Shown here one piece after another: positions 46,488-57,514 of a stretch of DNA of 64,000 bases. Both the position numbers and the translations under genes were made by a program. The stretch comes from Candidatus Saganbacteria bacterium CG08_land_8_20_14_0_20_45_16 (lineage in GTDB: Bacteria; Margulisbacteria; WOR-1; O2-12-FULL-45-9): NCBI GenBank assembly GCA_002774365.1, contig PEYM01000148.1, forward strand, positions 692 through 64,691. Reading direction: 5' to 3'. Position 1 is the stretch's first letter; every line of letters starts with the position of its first letter. The notes beneath the pieces are model-generated. The model saw nothing but the letters and a program-made list of their open reading frames with translations. It made no database searches and was not told the origin of the DNA.

Positions 46488-47042
46488 ATGTCAATTCCCA
46501 TCAATGATGTTAAACCAGGGATCACGGTTGAAATTAATAATGAGCTGTGGCGCTGCTTAGATTACCACCATCAGCGCTCAGCCCAACAGAGCTGGATCCG
46601 TATCAAGTTTAAAAACCTGCGCACTGGCGCGATTATTGACAAGACCTTTAAGCCCGGGGAAAAGGTCGAACCTGCGCGCATTGATTATAAGCAGATGCAA
46701 TTCCTTTATTCTGACGATACCTTATCCCATTTTATGGACCAGACCACCTTTGAGCAAGTTGCCTTGTCAAAAGACCAAGTGGGGGACTCTTCTAAGTTTA
46801 TTAAGGAAGGCCAGGTTGTGACCATTGCTTTTTATGAGAGCGAGGCCATTGATATTACTCTGCCGGCCGCAGTTGAGCTTAAGGTTGTTGAAACCTCGCC
46901 TGGCTTTAAAGGCGACACTGTTTCCGGCGGTAAACCAGCAACCGTGGAAACCGGCTTGGTTGTCCAAGTGCCGTTTTTTATCAATATTGATGATGTGCTT
47001 AAGGTTGATACCCGCGACAGTAAATATCTTGGGAGGGCATAA
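46488..47042 (+). CDS. efp: Elongation factor P
   Basis: 184 aa. KPGKG-type loop (FKPGEK) and three-domain EF-P architecture. Confidence 0.9.
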   Translation: MSIPINDVKPGITVEINNELWRCLDYHHQRSAQQSWIRIKFKNLRTGAIIDKTFKPGEKVEPARIDYKQMQFLYSDDTLSHFMDQTTFEQVALSKDQVGDSSKFIKEGQVVTIAFYESEAIDITLPAAVELKVVETSPGFKGDTVSGGKPATVETGLVVQVPFFINIDDVLKVDTRDSKYLGRA

Positions 47043-47044
47043 AC

Positions 47045-47476
47045 ATGGCAGATTGGGAGATAATTAAAAAGTTAATTCAAATTGTGAAAGAGGAAGAAAT
47101 CTCAGGGCTCGCAATAGAAGAAAATGGGGTAAAATATGAGGTCAGACGTGAGGCGGGTGGGGTTATGCCTACGCCTATCTCTAGCCCTAATCCCCATCCC
47201 TATACCCCAGCTATTGCAGAAACTGTTGATGATGGCTTATTGGCAATTACCTCTCCCATGGTTGGCACTTTTTATCGCGCGGCTTCGCCTGAATCGCCGC
47301 CTTTTGTTGAACCAGGGACAGAGGTTGAGCCAGGCAAAGTGGTGTGTATTATTGAAGCAATGAAGCTGTTCAATGAAATTGAGGCGGAAATTCGCGGCAA
47401 GGTTGTCAAACTCTTGGTTGAGAACGGCCAGCCAGTTGAGTACGGCCAAAAGCTTATGCTCATCAAAAAGGCCTAG
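47045..47476 (+). CDS. accB: Acetyl-CoA carboxylase biotin carboxyl carrier protein
   Basis: 143 aa. Biotinyl-lysine motif CIIEAMKLFNEIEAE and a Pro/Ala-rich linker. Confidence 0.8.
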   Translation: MADWEIIKKLIQIVKEEEISGLAIEENGVKYEVRREAGGVMPTPISSPNPHPYTPAIAETVDDGLLAITSPMVGTFYRAASPESPPFVEPGTEVEPGKVVCIIEAMKLFNEIEAEIRGKVVKLLVENGQPVEYGQKLMLIKKA

Positions 47477-48355
47477 ATGCCTATCTTGGTCAATATTTTT
47501 AAGACCCTGCGGCCTAATCAATGGACAAAAAATTTCTTTATCTTTGCTGGTCTAGTTTTCTCCCTTAAGTTTTTTAATCCTTGGTTTCTCTATAAAGTTA
47601 TTGAGGCTTTCTTGGTCTTTTGCGCTTTGGCTAGCTCGGTCTATATTATTAATGATTTGGCTGATGTTGCAGGAGACCGGTTGCATCCAAAAAAGAAATT
47701 TAGACCAATTGCCAGTGGCGCGCTTAGCCCGCCTTTAGCTTTAACCATTGCTTTACTTCTAATTATTGGTTCGCTTGCGGCTGCTTTTTATTTGGATCTG
47801 GCTTTTGCCTTGGTGGCAGTAACCTATTTGGTCTTAATGATTTGTTACACTTTTTGGTTGCGCAGCATAGTGATCCTAGATGTGTTTACCATTGCGCTTG
47901 GTTTTGTGCTACGGGCTATTGCTGGGGTGGTGGTTATTGGCGTGGTTTTGTCACCTTGGTTGATCATTTGTACGCTTTTATTGTCCCTTTTTATTGCTCT
48001 GGGCAAAAGGCGGCATGAGTTGATCACTTTGGCCAGTGCTGCTAGTCACCGCAAGATCCTTGATGAATATAATCCCCAGCTTTTGGACCAGCTAATCTCA
48101 ATTTCTGCTGGTGCGACGATTGTCAGCTATGCTTTGTACTCCCTCTGGCCAGACACGGTGGCTAAATTCCAGACCCAAAACCTTATTTATACCTTGCCGT
48201 TTGTGGTCTACGGGATCTTTCGTTATCTTTACTTAATTTACAAAAAAGAGCGCGGCGGCCGGCCAGAAATGATCTTGTTAACTGATTTCCCTTTGATCTT
48301 AGGCTTGTTGCTTTGGGTTGTTACTGCTGGGGCCCTGCTTTACTGGGCTAGATAA
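47477..48355 (+). CDS. UbiA-superfamily prenyl-phosphate transferase (decaprenyl-phosphate phosphoribosyltransferase-like)
   Basis: 292 aa, about 8 TM helices, first Asp-rich motif NDLADVAGD (NDxxDxxxD). Similar in size and architecture to DPPR-synthase-type UbiA homologs. Confidence 0.65.
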   Translation: MPILVNIFKTLRPNQWTKNFFIFAGLVFSLKFFNPWFLYKVIEAFLVFCALASSVYIINDLADVAGDRLHPKKKFRPIASGALSPPLALTIALLLIIGSLAAAFYLDLAFALVAVTYLVLMICYTFWLRSIVILDVFTIALGFVLRAIAGVVVIGVVLSPWLIICTLLLSLFIALGKRRHELITLASAASHRKILDEYNPQLLDQLISISAGATIVSYALYSLWPDTVAKFQTQNLIYTLPFVVYGIFRYLYLIYKKERGGRPEMILLTDFPLILGLLLWVVTAGALLYWAR

Positions 48356-49920
48356 TGAAGGGTCGTCAAGCGATTATTATTGGTGCCGGCCCAGCCGGGT
48401 TAACTGCTGCTTATGAGCTGCTAGACAAGACTGCGATCAAACCCATTGTTGTTGAGAAAGAAAGTTGTGTTGGCGGGATCGCCAAAACCCTTAATTATAA
48501 AGGCAACTGCATTGATTTTGGCGGGCACCGCTTTTTTTCTAAGTCTGATCTGGTGATGGCTTGGTGGCAAAAGTTCCTGGTCATTCAAGATTTTCCTGAC
48601 CAAGAAGAATTAAGGCTCAAGGTTAAGCGTAATGATTACCAGCAAAAAAATATTGACGGTGACCCAGAAAAAAAAGACCTAGTTTTCTTAATTCGCAGCA
48701 GGGTTTCAAGGATCTATTACCTGCGGCGTTTCTTTGATTATCCCCTGGCTTTAAACGTTAATTTTGTTAAGAATTTAGGCGTGGCCAGACTTTTTAAAAT
48801 AGGCTGGAGCTATCTTTGGTCGCGCCTGGTTCCACGCAGGAAAGAGCGTTCCTTAGAAGACTTTTTAATTAATCGGTTTGGCCAAGGCCTGTATGAGCTT
48901 TTTTTCAAGGATTATACTCATAAGGTGTGGGGCCGGCCAGCCCAAGAGATTGATGCCCAGTGGGGTCGCCAAAGGATCAAGGGGCTTTCCATTGTTAAGG
49001 TGATTAGGCACGCGATTTTTAAAGAAAAGCAAACAGAAACAAGCTTAATTGAAAAGTTTTACTATCCTAAATATGGGCCAGGCCAATTGTGGGAAGAGGT
49101 GGCCAAACAAATTGTTGCCCGCGGCGGCACGATAATGCTTAATAGCGAGATTGTGAGCGTGACCTCGACGCCAGGATCGCCTGGCCGAATTAAAAATGTT
49201 GTGGTACGCTCAACAATTGATAATTCTGAGACGACCTTAGAGGCTGATTATTTTATTTCTTCAATGGCCCTCAAGGACTTGATCAATTGCTTGACAGGAA
49301 CCTTGCCGCTGGCGGTGCGAACCGTGGCCAGCCAGCTGCCTTACCGTGATTTTATTACTGTTGGTTTGCTCCTTAAGAAACTCAAGCTGCAAAATAAGAC
49401 TCAAGTAAAAACGGCCAATGACCTGGTCCCAGATAATTGGATTTATATTCAAGAAAATGATGTGCAACTTGGCCGGCTACAGATTTTTAACAATTGGAGC
49501 CCGTATTTATTAAAAGACAGCAGTTTGGTTTGGCTTGGCTTGGAATACTTTTGTGATCAGCAAGACGCGCTGTGGCAGATGAGCGACGAAGCGCTTATCA
49601 AGTTTGCGACTAAAGAGGTGGAAAAGCTTGGCTTAGTTGATCAAAAAGAGGTGCTTGATGGGGTTTGTTATAGAATGACCAAAGCTTATCCTGCTTATTT
49701 TGGTTCGTATGATCAGATCCAGGTTTTAAGAGATTATTTGAACCAAGTAGATAATCTTTATCTGATTGGCAGGAACGGCCTGCACCGTTATAATAATATG
49801 GATCATTCAATGTTAACAGCGATCAAGACTGTGGAGAACATCTCTCGTGGTTTGACGGATAAGAGTGGCATTTGGCAAATAAATGCGGAAGGAGCTTATC
49901 ATGAAGCAAAAAGGGATTAG
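48355..49920 (+). CDS. FAD/NAD(P)-binding flavoprotein oxidoreductase
   Basis: 521 aa. [15 protein letters not shown]...[10 protein letters not shown] dinucleotide-binding motif. TGATG overlap with the UbiA gene. Confidence 0.6.
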   Translation: MKGRQAIIIGAGPAGLTAAYELLDKTAIKPIVVEKESCVGGIAKTLNYKGNCIDFGGHRFFSKSDLVMAWWQKFLVIQDFPDQEELRLKVKRNDYQQKNIDGDPEKKDLVFLIRSRVSRIYYLRRFFDYPLALNVNFVKNLGVARLFKIGWSYLWSRLVPRRKERSLEDFLINRFGQGLYELFFKDYTHKVWGRPAQEIDAQWGRQRIKGLSIVKVIRHAIFKEKQTETSLIEKFYYPKYGPGQLWEEVAKQIVARGGTIMLNSEIVSVTSTPGSPGRIKNVVVRSTIDNSETTLEADYFISSMALKDLINCLTGTLPLAVRTVASQLPYRDFITVGLLLKKLKLQNKTQVKTANDLVPDNWIYIQENDVQLGRLQIFNNWSPYLLKDSSLVWLGLEYFCDQQDALWQMSDEALIKFATKEVEKLGLVDQKEVLDGVCYRMTKAYPAYFGSYDQIQVLRDYLNQVDNLYLIGRNGLHRYNNMDHSMLTAIKTVENISRGLTDKSGIWQINAEGAYHEAKRD

Positions 49921-51598
49921 CACAAGCACAGATCCAGGTCCTTTTTCTTTTAAGATGGCTTTTGGGCTGGCTTTTTTTGCTTCGCTGCTGGTGACTTTGG
50001 TGGTTTTCTTTAATATTGTTTTGCGTTTGGATATTTTTCACTGGGACGAATCGCATCATGCTGTTTATGGGTTGTGGGTATCTCAAGCCTTGCGGGCCTT
50101 TGATTGGTCAGGATTTTGGTACTGGACCAATCATCAGGCTTATTGGCCCTTTTTTCATTCTTGGTTGCTAGCGATTTTTTTCTTGTTTTTTGGAGTTAGC
50201 GCCACCAGTGCCCGTGGCTTAAGTGTTTTGATTTTCTTTGTTACTGCCGTACTTACTTACTTGGCTGGCAGCAAAATTTTAGACAAAAAAGATTGGCGGC
50301 CTGGCCTCTTGGCCACCGCGCTGGTCTTAACTTCACCATTAATGATCTCTTTTGCGGCTCAAAATATGCTGGAGGGTTTAGGGGGGGTGGAGCTAATTGC
50401 TGCTGTCTACGCTTATCTAATTGCCAAAGAGAAAAAGCAATGGTACTGGTTTCTTTTGCTCGGCGGCTTGCTGGGACTCACCGTTATCACTAAATATAAT
50501 TATGCGGTGCTGATCATTGCTTCTTTTGTGGTAGTTGATTTGCTTGATATTTTTGAGCTGCCTAGGGTTGCGGGCCAGGCTAAAGCTATTGCAAAGCCAA
50601 AATCCAAGCATCAGTTAGTTAAAACCGTGCCAACTTTTTTGGGCTTTGAAAAAGCGCCGCTTTTGGATTGGCTGCGCCAAACTGGAGTGACGGCCCTGCC
50701 GATTTTATTGATCACCCTGCTGTGGTTTTTTGGTGCTGATGCGGAGAGAAAATGGCAAATGCTTTTATGGACCAAGAGCGAGGTGGCAGGGGGCCAGGCA
50801 ACTCTGAGCGGCTTTTGGCAGAATTTATTATTTTATCCTCAAGCCATAGTTAATGATTTTGTGCTATCTTACTGGTTGGGGCTACTGGTCTTACTGGCCA
50901 ATCTTTGGCTGTTGCTTGGCCTTAAATGCCGCCGGATCTTAAAGCTTCAAGCAATTGTTTGGACAACCCTGTTGCTCTCGATCTTTGTTATTGGCAATAA
51001 GATGAACCGGAACATTTATTTTTTGGCGCCGGCTATTTTTATGATTTTTTCCGCCTCGTTTTTCTATTATTTCGACTTGGCTAGAGCAAAGCTGAAAAAT
51101 TACCGTCTTCTTTTTCTGTTGCTTTTGCTTGGTCTGCTGGTTTTAGCTGGCTTGGCTTGGCCCAGGGCGGTTAAGATGTATAGTGGCGATATTCAGGACA
51201 TTAAGCATGGCCTTCATGTTAACCGAGAGACCAAAGAGCGGGTGGCAGACAGCTTGCGATTTTTTCGTGACAACATTCCCCAGACAGGCTCAATTTCTGC
51301 TGGTAGTTTGTATTATGTGTCGCCTTATGTGCTTTACATTTACTTTCGAAACTGGCAGGCCCCGGTTTTGACTGCTTTTCAAATGAGCGACCCAAATTTT
51401 GCTAAGAGCGACTTTTTTATCGCGCTGGAATACCAAGACACCCAAAGGTTCGAAGCCCCAATGCTGGAGTGGCTAGCTGTGCTTAGGAAGAACGAAGCCG
51501 CGCAGCAGCTTCAATTGTGGCGGCAGAAATCCTGGCCTGACCTTGGCTTAACGGCAAAAATCTATATCAAGCCAAACTTGAATCTTTTAGGCAGATGA
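49901..51598 (+). CDS. GT-C-fold membrane glycosyltransferase (ArnT/PMT-like)
   Basis: Start at ATG 49901 (RBS GGAAGGAG at 49888-49895) is preferred over track 49883. Multi-TM. Acidic motif WDESHH in the first extracytoplasmic loop. Confidence 0.55.
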   Translation: MKQKGISTSTDPGPFSFKMAFGLAFFASLLVTLVVFFNIVLRLDIFHWDESHHAVYGLWVSQALRAFDWSGFWYWTNHQAYWPFFHSWLLAIFFLFFGVSATSARGLSVLIFFVTAVLTYLAGSKILDKKDWRPGLLATALVLTSPLMISFAAQNMLEGLGGVELIAAVYAYLIAKEKKQWYWFLLLGGLLGLTVITKYNYAVLIIASFVVVDLLDIFELPRVAGQAKAIAKPKSKHQLVKTVPTFLGFEKAPLLDWLRQTGVTALPILLITLLWFFGADAERKWQMLLWTKSEVAGGQATLSGFWQNLLFYPQAIVNDFVLSYWLGLLVLLANLWLLLGLKCRRILKLQAIVWTTLLLSIFVIGNKMNRNIYFLAPAIFMIFSASFFYYFDLARAKLKNYRLLFLLLLLGLLVLAGLAWPRAVKMYSGDIQDIKHGLHVNRETKERVADSLRFFRDNIPQTGSISAGSLYYVSPYVLYIYFRNWQAPVLTAFQMSDPNFAKSDFFIALEYQDTQRFEAPMLEWLAVLRKNEAAQQLQLWRQKSWPDLGLTAKIYIKPNLNLLGR

Positions 51599-51610
51599 AC
51601 CAGCAGTATT

Positions 51611-51619
51611 TGTTATAAT
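51611..51619 (+). promoter_or_regulatory. Extended -10 element (TGtTATAAT) upstream of the SDR epimerase gene
   Basis: TGTTATAAT at 51611-51619. RBS AAGGAGG at 51653-51659, start ATG 51665. Confidence 0.3.
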
Positions 51620-51664
51620 ATGATTGTTGCGTGCTTATCTTGAACGCGTCTTAAGGAGGTAAAA

Positions 51665-52702
51665 ATGCGAGTTTTAGTTACTGGTGGGGCTGGTTTTTTA
51701 GGCATTAACTTAATCAGGTATCTATTAAATAAGGGGTATAACAAAATTGTTTCTTTAGATCTGGTGGATTTTGATTATCCAGAGCGAAATAAGGTTAGGG
51801 TTGTGACTGGGGACATTCGAGGCCAGCAATTAGTTGAGCAAACGCTGCAAGGGATTGATCTGGTGGTCCATTGCGCAGCAGCCTTGCCTTTATATAAAAA
51901 GGCAGATATCTTTTCAACTGACATTGAAGGTACGAGGAATCTTCTAACCGCTGCTTTTCGGCATAATTGCCAACGCTTTGTCCACATTTCTTCGACGGCT
52001 GTTTATGGGATCCCTGACCATCACCCACTTTACGAAGATGATAAAAAAATTGGGGTAGGGCCGTACGGTGAGGCTAAAATCGAGGCTGAAGAGGTCTGCT
52101 TGGAATTTCGGCAGCAGGGCAAGTGTGTGCCGATCATTAGGCCTAAGTCATTCATTGGTCCTGAGCGCCTGGGTGTTTTTGCTTTGTTTTATGATTGGGC
52201 CAAGGATGGCAAGGGTTTTCCCATGATTGGCAGCGGCAAAAATCGCTATCAACTTTTGGATGTTGAAGATTTGTGTGAAGCGATTTACCTTTGTTTAACT
52301 AAGGATCAAAAAATTGTTAATGATACTTTTAATATCGGGGCCAAGGAATTTACGACCATGAGTGAGGATTATCAAGCGGTTTTAGATTATGCTGGTTTTG
52401 GCAAAAAGATCAAGCCTTTCCCCGCTGCCCCTCTCATTTGGACTTTACGTATCCTAGAGTTTTTGAAACTTTCGCCGCTTTATAAATGGGTTTATGAAAC
52501 TGCCTCCACAGATTCTTTTGTCGGGATTGAAAAAGCTGAAAAGATCTTAGGGTTTACCCCCAAATATTCCAATAAAGATGCCCTGCTTAGAAACTACAAA
52601 TGGTACTTAGAGAATCTTCATAAGTTTGAAAATGCGAGCGGTATTTCGCACCGGGTCCCTTGGAGCCAAGGGATCTTGAGATTGGTCAAGAATTTTTTCT
52701 AG
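51665..52702 (+). CDS. NAD-dependent epimerase/dehydratase (extended SDR family)
   Basis: 345 aa. VLVTGGAGFLG Rossmann motif and a YxxxK catalytic motif (YGEAK). Confidence 0.8.
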   Translation: MRVLVTGGAGFLGINLIRYLLNKGYNKIVSLDLVDFDYPERNKVRVVTGDIRGQQLVEQTLQGIDLVVHCAAALPLYKKADIFSTDIEGTRNLLTAAFRHNCQRFVHISSTAVYGIPDHHPLYEDDKKIGVGPYGEAKIEAEEVCLEFRQQGKCVPIIRPKSFIGPERLGVFALFYDWAKDGKGFPMIGSGKNRYQLLDVEDLCEAIYLCLTKDQKIVNDTFNIGAKEFTTMSEDYQAVLDYAGFGKKIKPFPAAPLIWTLRILEFLKLSPLYKWVYETASTDSFVGIEKAEKILGFTPKYSNKDALLRNYKWYLENLHKFENASGISHRVPWSQGILRLVKNFF

Positions 52703-54412
52703 ATGAAACTTACTTGGCAACTAGCCCAGGCAGACCCAGCTCAAGTTGAATTTCTTGTTAAGGTGCTTAGGGTTTCTCCTTGCCTGGCCAAGGTCTTGAT
52801 CAATCGCGGCCTAACAGACCCAAAACAAGTGGCTGAGTTTTTCGCGCCAACTATCAATAACTTGCGTGATCCCAAAGAAATCCCTGGCTTGATTAAGGCA
52901 GCTGAGCGGGTTTTACTGGCCAAGCAACAAGGCGAGCGCGTGGTTGTTTTTGGCGATTATGACGTGGACGGTGTTTCAGCAACAGCGATTATGATTGAGA
53001 CCTTAAAGCTTTTGGGGATCAAGACCTCATATCACATTCCCCATCGTCATAAAGAGGGCTATGGGCTGTCAATCCCAGTTATAGAGCAGTTAGCAGCTAG
53101 TGGTGCCAAGCTGATTATTACAGTTGATTGCGGGATTGCTAATTATGCTGAAATCAAGCGGGCGGCGGACCTTGGCCTTGAGGTCATTGTTACGGACCAC
53201 CATAACTTGCCGGCCAAACTGCCTAAAGCTGTGGCCATTGTTAACCCCAAGATGATTGAAGCTGATCATCCTTCAAAAGAGCTGGCCGGGGCAGGGGTGG
53301 CTTTTAAATTTGCTTGGGGACTTTTGCGGCTGGCTGGAATAAAAGACAGTAAATTTTTGATCTCATTGCTTGATCTAGCCGCTTTGGGAACTTTGGCCGA
53401 TGTTGTGCCACTTCATTTGGAGAATCGGATAATTGCTGTTTTAGGCATGAGGGTAATTAATGAAAGGACGCGCTTGGGGATTAAGGCTTTGGTCCAGGCT
53501 GCTTCATTACCCGAACAAATAACGGTCAATAATGTTTATTTTAGCCTAGCCCCGCGGCTTAACGCTGCGGGCCGGCTTGAGCACGCCAAGCTGGCGGCAG
53601 AGCTTTTGCTCACCAACGATAGTGTCCGGGCCAGTGAGCTTGCTTCTTTTCTCCAGCAAACTAATGTCAAGCGCCAGGAGATTGGGGATGAGATCAGAGC
53701 AGAGGTCTTTGCCCAAATTAATGATCAATACTTAACTAATAATCGACTGGTCCTTTTAGCTGGTGCGGGCTGGCATCCTGGAGTAATCGGGATTACAGCG
53801 TCTAAGGTGGTTGACGAATATTTTCGGCCAGCGGTTTTGGTTGGGGTGGCCGATGGTGTGGGACGGGGCTCTGCTCGATCTGTGGCTGGAGTGAATATTT
53901 TTGAGCTGCTCAAGAGTTGTGCTGATCTTTTTACTCATTTTGGCGGACATTCTGGGGCAGCGGGCTTTTCTATTTTAGAAGATAATTTGCCGGAATTAAC
54001 TGTGCGTCTAAGGGAAACTGCCAACCAAAATATTTCGGCTTATGACCTGGCCCCTAAATTAGTGCTTGAGGCTGAGATCAGCCTAGTTGAGCTTAGTTTA
54101 AGTTTGGTCCAGCAGTTTGCCCAGTTAGAGCCTTATGGCCAGGGTAACTCCCAGCCGGTTTTCCTAAGTCGAAACCTGAAAATTCTGGACATGAAAAAAG
54201 TTGGCAAAGACGGTCGCCATTTCAAGGCTAAGTTTTGTGCTAATGACATTATTCTTGATACAATAGCCTTTTCTAAGGGGAGCTGGGTTGATGAGCTATC
54301 TTATGATCAAACTTACGACTTAGCTTATCGCTTAGAAGCCAATGAGTGGAATGGTTTTGTAAACGTGCAACTTTCTCTAGTCGATATTAGAGAAGCAGAA
54401 CCTACCAGGTAA
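52703..54412 (+). CDS. recJ: Single-stranded-DNA-specific exonuclease RecJ
   Basis: 569 aa. DHH motifs (VFGDYDVDG, DHH), DHHA1 domain and a C-terminal OB-like region. Confidence 0.85.
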   Translation: MKLTWQLAQADPAQVEFLVKVLRVSPCLAKVLINRGLTDPKQVAEFFAPTINNLRDPKEIPGLIKAAERVLLAKQQGERVVVFGDYDVDGVSATAIMIETLKLLGIKTSYHIPHRHKEGYGLSIPVIEQLAASGAKLIITVDCGIANYAEIKRAADLGLEVIVTDHHNLPAKLPKAVAIVNPKMIEADHPSKELAGAGVAFKFAWGLLRLAGIKDSKFLISLLDLAALGTLADVVPLHLENRIIAVLGMRVINERTRLGIKALVQAASLPEQITVNNVYFSLAPRLNAAGRLEHAKLAAELLLTNDSVRASELASFLQQTNVKRQEIGDEIRAEVFAQINDQYLTNNRLVLLAGAGWHPGVIGITASKVVDEYFRPAVLVGVADGVGRGSARSVAGVNIFELLKSCADLFTHFGGHSGAAGFSILEDNLPELTVRLRETANQNISAYDLAPKLVLEAEISLVELSLSLVQQFAQLEPYGQGNSQPVFLSRNLKILDMKKVGKDGRHFKAKFCANDIILDTIAFSKGSWVDELSYDQTYDLAYRLEANEWNGFVNVQLSLVDIREAEPTR

Positions 54413-54493
54413 GAATGAATAAAACTTGTGATAATGGCACTGAGTGACGTCTACGCGGATGTAGATCGAATTATTCGGAGTTTTTATTGAGGA

Positions 54494-54733
54494 ATGATTA
54501 TGGACAATTTTGAATTGCAGCGAATTTTTGAGCAAGACAAAAATCGCATACTTGGTAAGATTGAAAGGGCCAAGGAACAATGGCAAGTGAACTGGGAAAA
54601 AGTTCAAGGAGATCTAGCCGCTGAAGCCCAGCTGATTTGGTTCAATCTCCAGATAAAAATTATGGAGATTGAGGCGCTAGAAGAACTAAAGCAAATGGAA
54701 GAAAAGATAAAAGGAACGATCGAGGAAAAATAG
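54494..54733 (+). CDS. Hypothetical small coiled-coil protein
   Basis: 79 aa, heptad-rich. Preceded by an extended -10-like TGTGATAAT at 54435-54443. No recognisable family. Confidence 0.3.
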   Translation: MIMDNFELQRIFEQDKNRILGKIERAKEQWQVNWEKVQGDLAAEAQLIWFNLQIKIMEIEALEELKQMEEKIKGTIEEK

Positions 54734-54748
54734 AGAGGGAGAGCTGTT

Positions 54749-56176
54749 ATGCGTTGGCTAAAAATTATCATGACAGATCGCTTAGCCATTGGGATTATCA
54801 TTGGTCTAATTATCTTTGGTGGGTTGACCCCGGTCTTTAGGGCCATGGTTGATGTGCCTTATGTTGGGGCTTATTTTTATGAAATGAAAACAGTCCTGCC
54901 GCGGCTTAACCAGCAGTTTTTTATGATCTCAGAGGTTGATTGTATTGGTTATTATTCTTATTTGCGTTCCTTGATGATCGATCATGACCTTGAGTTTCAA
55001 AATGATTTTACGCTCTTTGGCTGGCCCAGGCGGGCGCAGGAAAAGACCGACCTTGGCCATACAACCAATCCTTGGTCAGTTGGCCCGGCTATTTTGTGGG
55101 CGCCGGCTTTTGTGTTAGCGCACCTTTACTCCCTCCTGCTTAATGCCGTGGGACATCCCGTGCCTTTAAACGGTGTGTCTTTTGTTTATGATTTTTTTAT
55201 TGTGGTGTTTTCGATGGGCTCTGGTTTGCTCGGACTTATTTTTATTTATAAATTTTTGCGTTTTTTCTTTTCTGCGGCCTTGAGCCTGACAACTGTGCTA
55301 GCTTTTTTTTATGCTTCAACTTTGGTCTTTTATCAGTTTCATGAGCCGACCATGTCTCATGTTTTGAGTGTTTTTGCGGTTTCAGGCTTTATATATTTTT
55401 GGTACGATAAATTTTTGCAAAAGCGTAGCGGCGATTGGCTCTGGCTAGGTGTCTGGGCCGGCCTAATTATTTTGATCCGTTCGCAAAATATATTTTTTGT
55501 GCTTGGCCCGCTTTTGGCCGAAACTATAGTTATGTTCAAGAGAGAGCAATCTGTTGGTTTTAGGTGGCTGCTGGGTCCTGCTCAATTGTTGATTATGGCC
55601 TTTTTATGTTTTATTCCGCAAATGCTGGCTTGGAAGTTTTTGTACGGCTCTTGCTTTACTATTCCCCAGGGTGAGGGTTTTATGAAATGGGGCGCTCCGC
55701 AAATTCCGTCCTTGCTTTTTTCAACTAATCATGGCTTGATCACGTACACCCCGATTATGCTTTTTTGTTTAATTGGGTTTCTCTTAGTTAATCGAGTTAG
55801 CAAGAGGGAGCAAATGCTGGCTGGCACATTTTTCTTGATCTTTTGTTGTGAGCTATATATTAATGCAGCTGCCAGTGATTGGGGGGCTGGTTGGGCTTTT
55901 GGGGCGAGGCGGTTCTCTGCCGGCGCGATCATGTTTGCCTGGGGGTTGGGGATGTTCTTGCGTTGGAGCAATTATCGTCAGTGGTTGCGTTACCTGGTTT
56001 TATCAGGTGTGGCCTTATTAGTGATTTTTAATTTGCTCTTTTATTTTCAATGGGCTTACGGCCTGATCCCTCGGGGAGAAGCCTTGACCTTAACTCAATA
56101 TTTTTCCGGTAAATGGCAGGCTTTAACCCTTTGGCTGACAGTCTTGCGCCAGATTTTTGAGGTAATTTTTAGCTAG
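54749..56176 (+). CDS. Hypothetical polytopic membrane protein (possible glycosyltransferase-like)
   Basis: 475 aa, about 11 predicted TM helices. No motif I can name confidently. Confidence 0.4.
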   Translation: MRWLKIIMTDRLAIGIIIGLIIFGGLTPVFRAMVDVPYVGAYFYEMKTVLPRLNQQFFMISEVDCIGYYSYLRSLMIDHDLEFQNDFTLFGWPRRAQEKTDLGHTTNPWSVGPAILWAPAFVLAHLYSLLLNAVGHPVPLNGVSFVYDFFIVVFSMGSGLLGLIFIYKFLRFFFSAALSLTTVLAFFYASTLVFYQFHEPTMSHVLSVFAVSGFIYFWYDKFLQKRSGDWLWLGVWAGLIILIRSQNIFFVLGPLLAETIVMFKREQSVGFRWLLGPAQLLIMAFLCFIPQMLAWKFLYGSCFTIPQGEGFMKWGAPQIPSLLFSTNHGLITYTPIMLFCLIGFLLVNRVSKREQMLAGTFFLIFCCELYINAAASDWGAGWAFGARRFSAGAIMFAWGLGMFLRWSNYRQWLRYLVLSGVALLVIFNLLFYFQWAYGLIPRGEALTLTQYFSGKWQALTLWLTVLRQIFEVIFS

Positions 56177-56191
56177 AGAGAGGAGAAGACA

Positions 56192-57514
56192 ATGAGGATT
56201 TTAATTATTGGTTCCGGTGGTCGCGAGCACGCTTTGGTTTGGAAAATTTCGCAAAGTAAAAAGGTTAAAAAAATCTATTGTGCCCCTGGCAACGCCGGCA
56301 CTTCTGAGCTGGCGGAGAACATTAATCTTAAAGTTGATGATCTTCCGGGCCTCTTAAAGTTTGCCAAAGAAAAAAAGATTGATTTAACTGTGGTTGGCCC
56401 AGAAATCCCGCTGGTCTTGGGAATTGTTGATGAATTTGAAAAGGCTGGGTTGAAAATCTTTGGTCCATGCAAAGCCGGAGCGAAGATTGAAGGCTCAAAG
56501 GTTTTTTCCAAAGAGTTCATGGTCAAGTACGGTATTCCTACTGCCCAAGCCGGGATTTTCTCAAAAATTGATGACGCCCTAGCTTATCTTGATGAGGTAG
56601 GCGCCCCGATTGTTGTCAAAGCTGATGGTTTGGCAGCTGGCAAGGGAGTGATTGTTTGCTCTACCAAAAATGAGGCAGTTGAGGCAGTCAATCTGATAAT
56701 GAAAGACAAAGCTTTTGGTGCGGCTGGGAGCAAAGTTGTTATTGAAGAATGTTTGGTGGGTGAGGAAGCTTCAATTATTGCAATTTGTGACGGCGAGACA
56801 ATTTTGCCGCTAGCTTCATCCCAAGACCACAAACGGGTTTTTGACAAAGATAAAGGCCCAAATACTGGTGGCCTGGGGGCATATTCGCCGGCTCCTGTTG
56901 TGACTGATAGTTTAATGGAGCAGATTGATAAAACAGTGCTCCAGCCTTTTGTTTCTGGCATGAAGCAGGAGGGGATCAATTATAAAGGGGTAGTTTATGC
57001 TGGGGTAATGGTAACCAAGCAAGGGCCCAAGGTTTTAGAGTTCAACGCTCGCTTCGGTGACCCTGAAACCCAGCCGATTATGATGAGGCTTAAGAGTGAT
57101 TTAGTAGACCTCCTATTTTCGACTATCGATTCTCGATTATCGACTTTCTCCCTTTCCTGGGACGATCGCGCCGCAGTTTGTATTGTCCTAGCTGCCGGCG
57201 GCTATCCTGATAAATATGAGAAAGGTTTACCAATTACTGGCCTTGATAAAGTGCCGCAGCTTGATAATGTGATGGTGTTTCATGCTGGCACTAGATTGAA
57301 TAATAAAAATGTAGAGGCGACCTTTAGGTCGCCAGAAACAGAAAGTCGAAAAATAGTACTCACCAATGGAGGCAGAGTTTTGGGCGTGACAGCTTTGGGG
57401 GATGGGATTAAGTTGGCAATTAAAAAGGCCTATCAAGCGGTTGAATTGATTAAATTCAAAGATATGCATTTTAGGAAAGACATTGGCAAAAAGGCGCTAA
57501 AGTATCTCAAGTGA
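56192..57514 (+). CDS. purD: Phosphoribosylamine--glycine ligase
   Basis: 440 aa. ATP-grasp fold and conserved PurD N-terminus MRILIIGSGGREHAL. Confidence 0.9.
   Translation: MRILIIGSGGREHALVWKISQSKKVKKIYCAPGNAGTSELAENINLKVDDLPGLLKFAKEKKIDLTVVGPEIPLVLGIVDEFEKAGLKIFGPCKAGAKIEGSKVFSKEFMVKYGIPTAQAGIFSKIDDALAYLDEVGAPIVVKADGLAAGKGVIVCSTKNEAVEAVNLIMKDKAFGAAGSKVVIEECLVGEEASIIAICDGETILPLASSQDHKRVFDKDKGPNTGGLGAYSPAPVVTDSLMEQIDKTVLQPFVSGMKQEGINYKGVVYAGVMVTKQGPKVLEFNARFGDPETQPIMMRLKSDLVDLLFSTIDSRLSTFSLSWDDRAAVCIVLAAGGYPDKYEKGLPITGLDKVPQLDNVMVFHAGTRLNNKNVEATFRSPETESRKIVLTNGGRVLGVTALGDGIKLAIKKAYQAVELIKFKDMHFRKDIGKKALKYLK

Noticed and set aside
50293-50611. Small ORFs 50293..50493 (+) and 50417..50611 (-) inside the GT-C gene
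   Set aside because: Out-of-frame or antisense overlaps with a long, hydrophobic, codon-consistent membrane protein ORF; no independent support.
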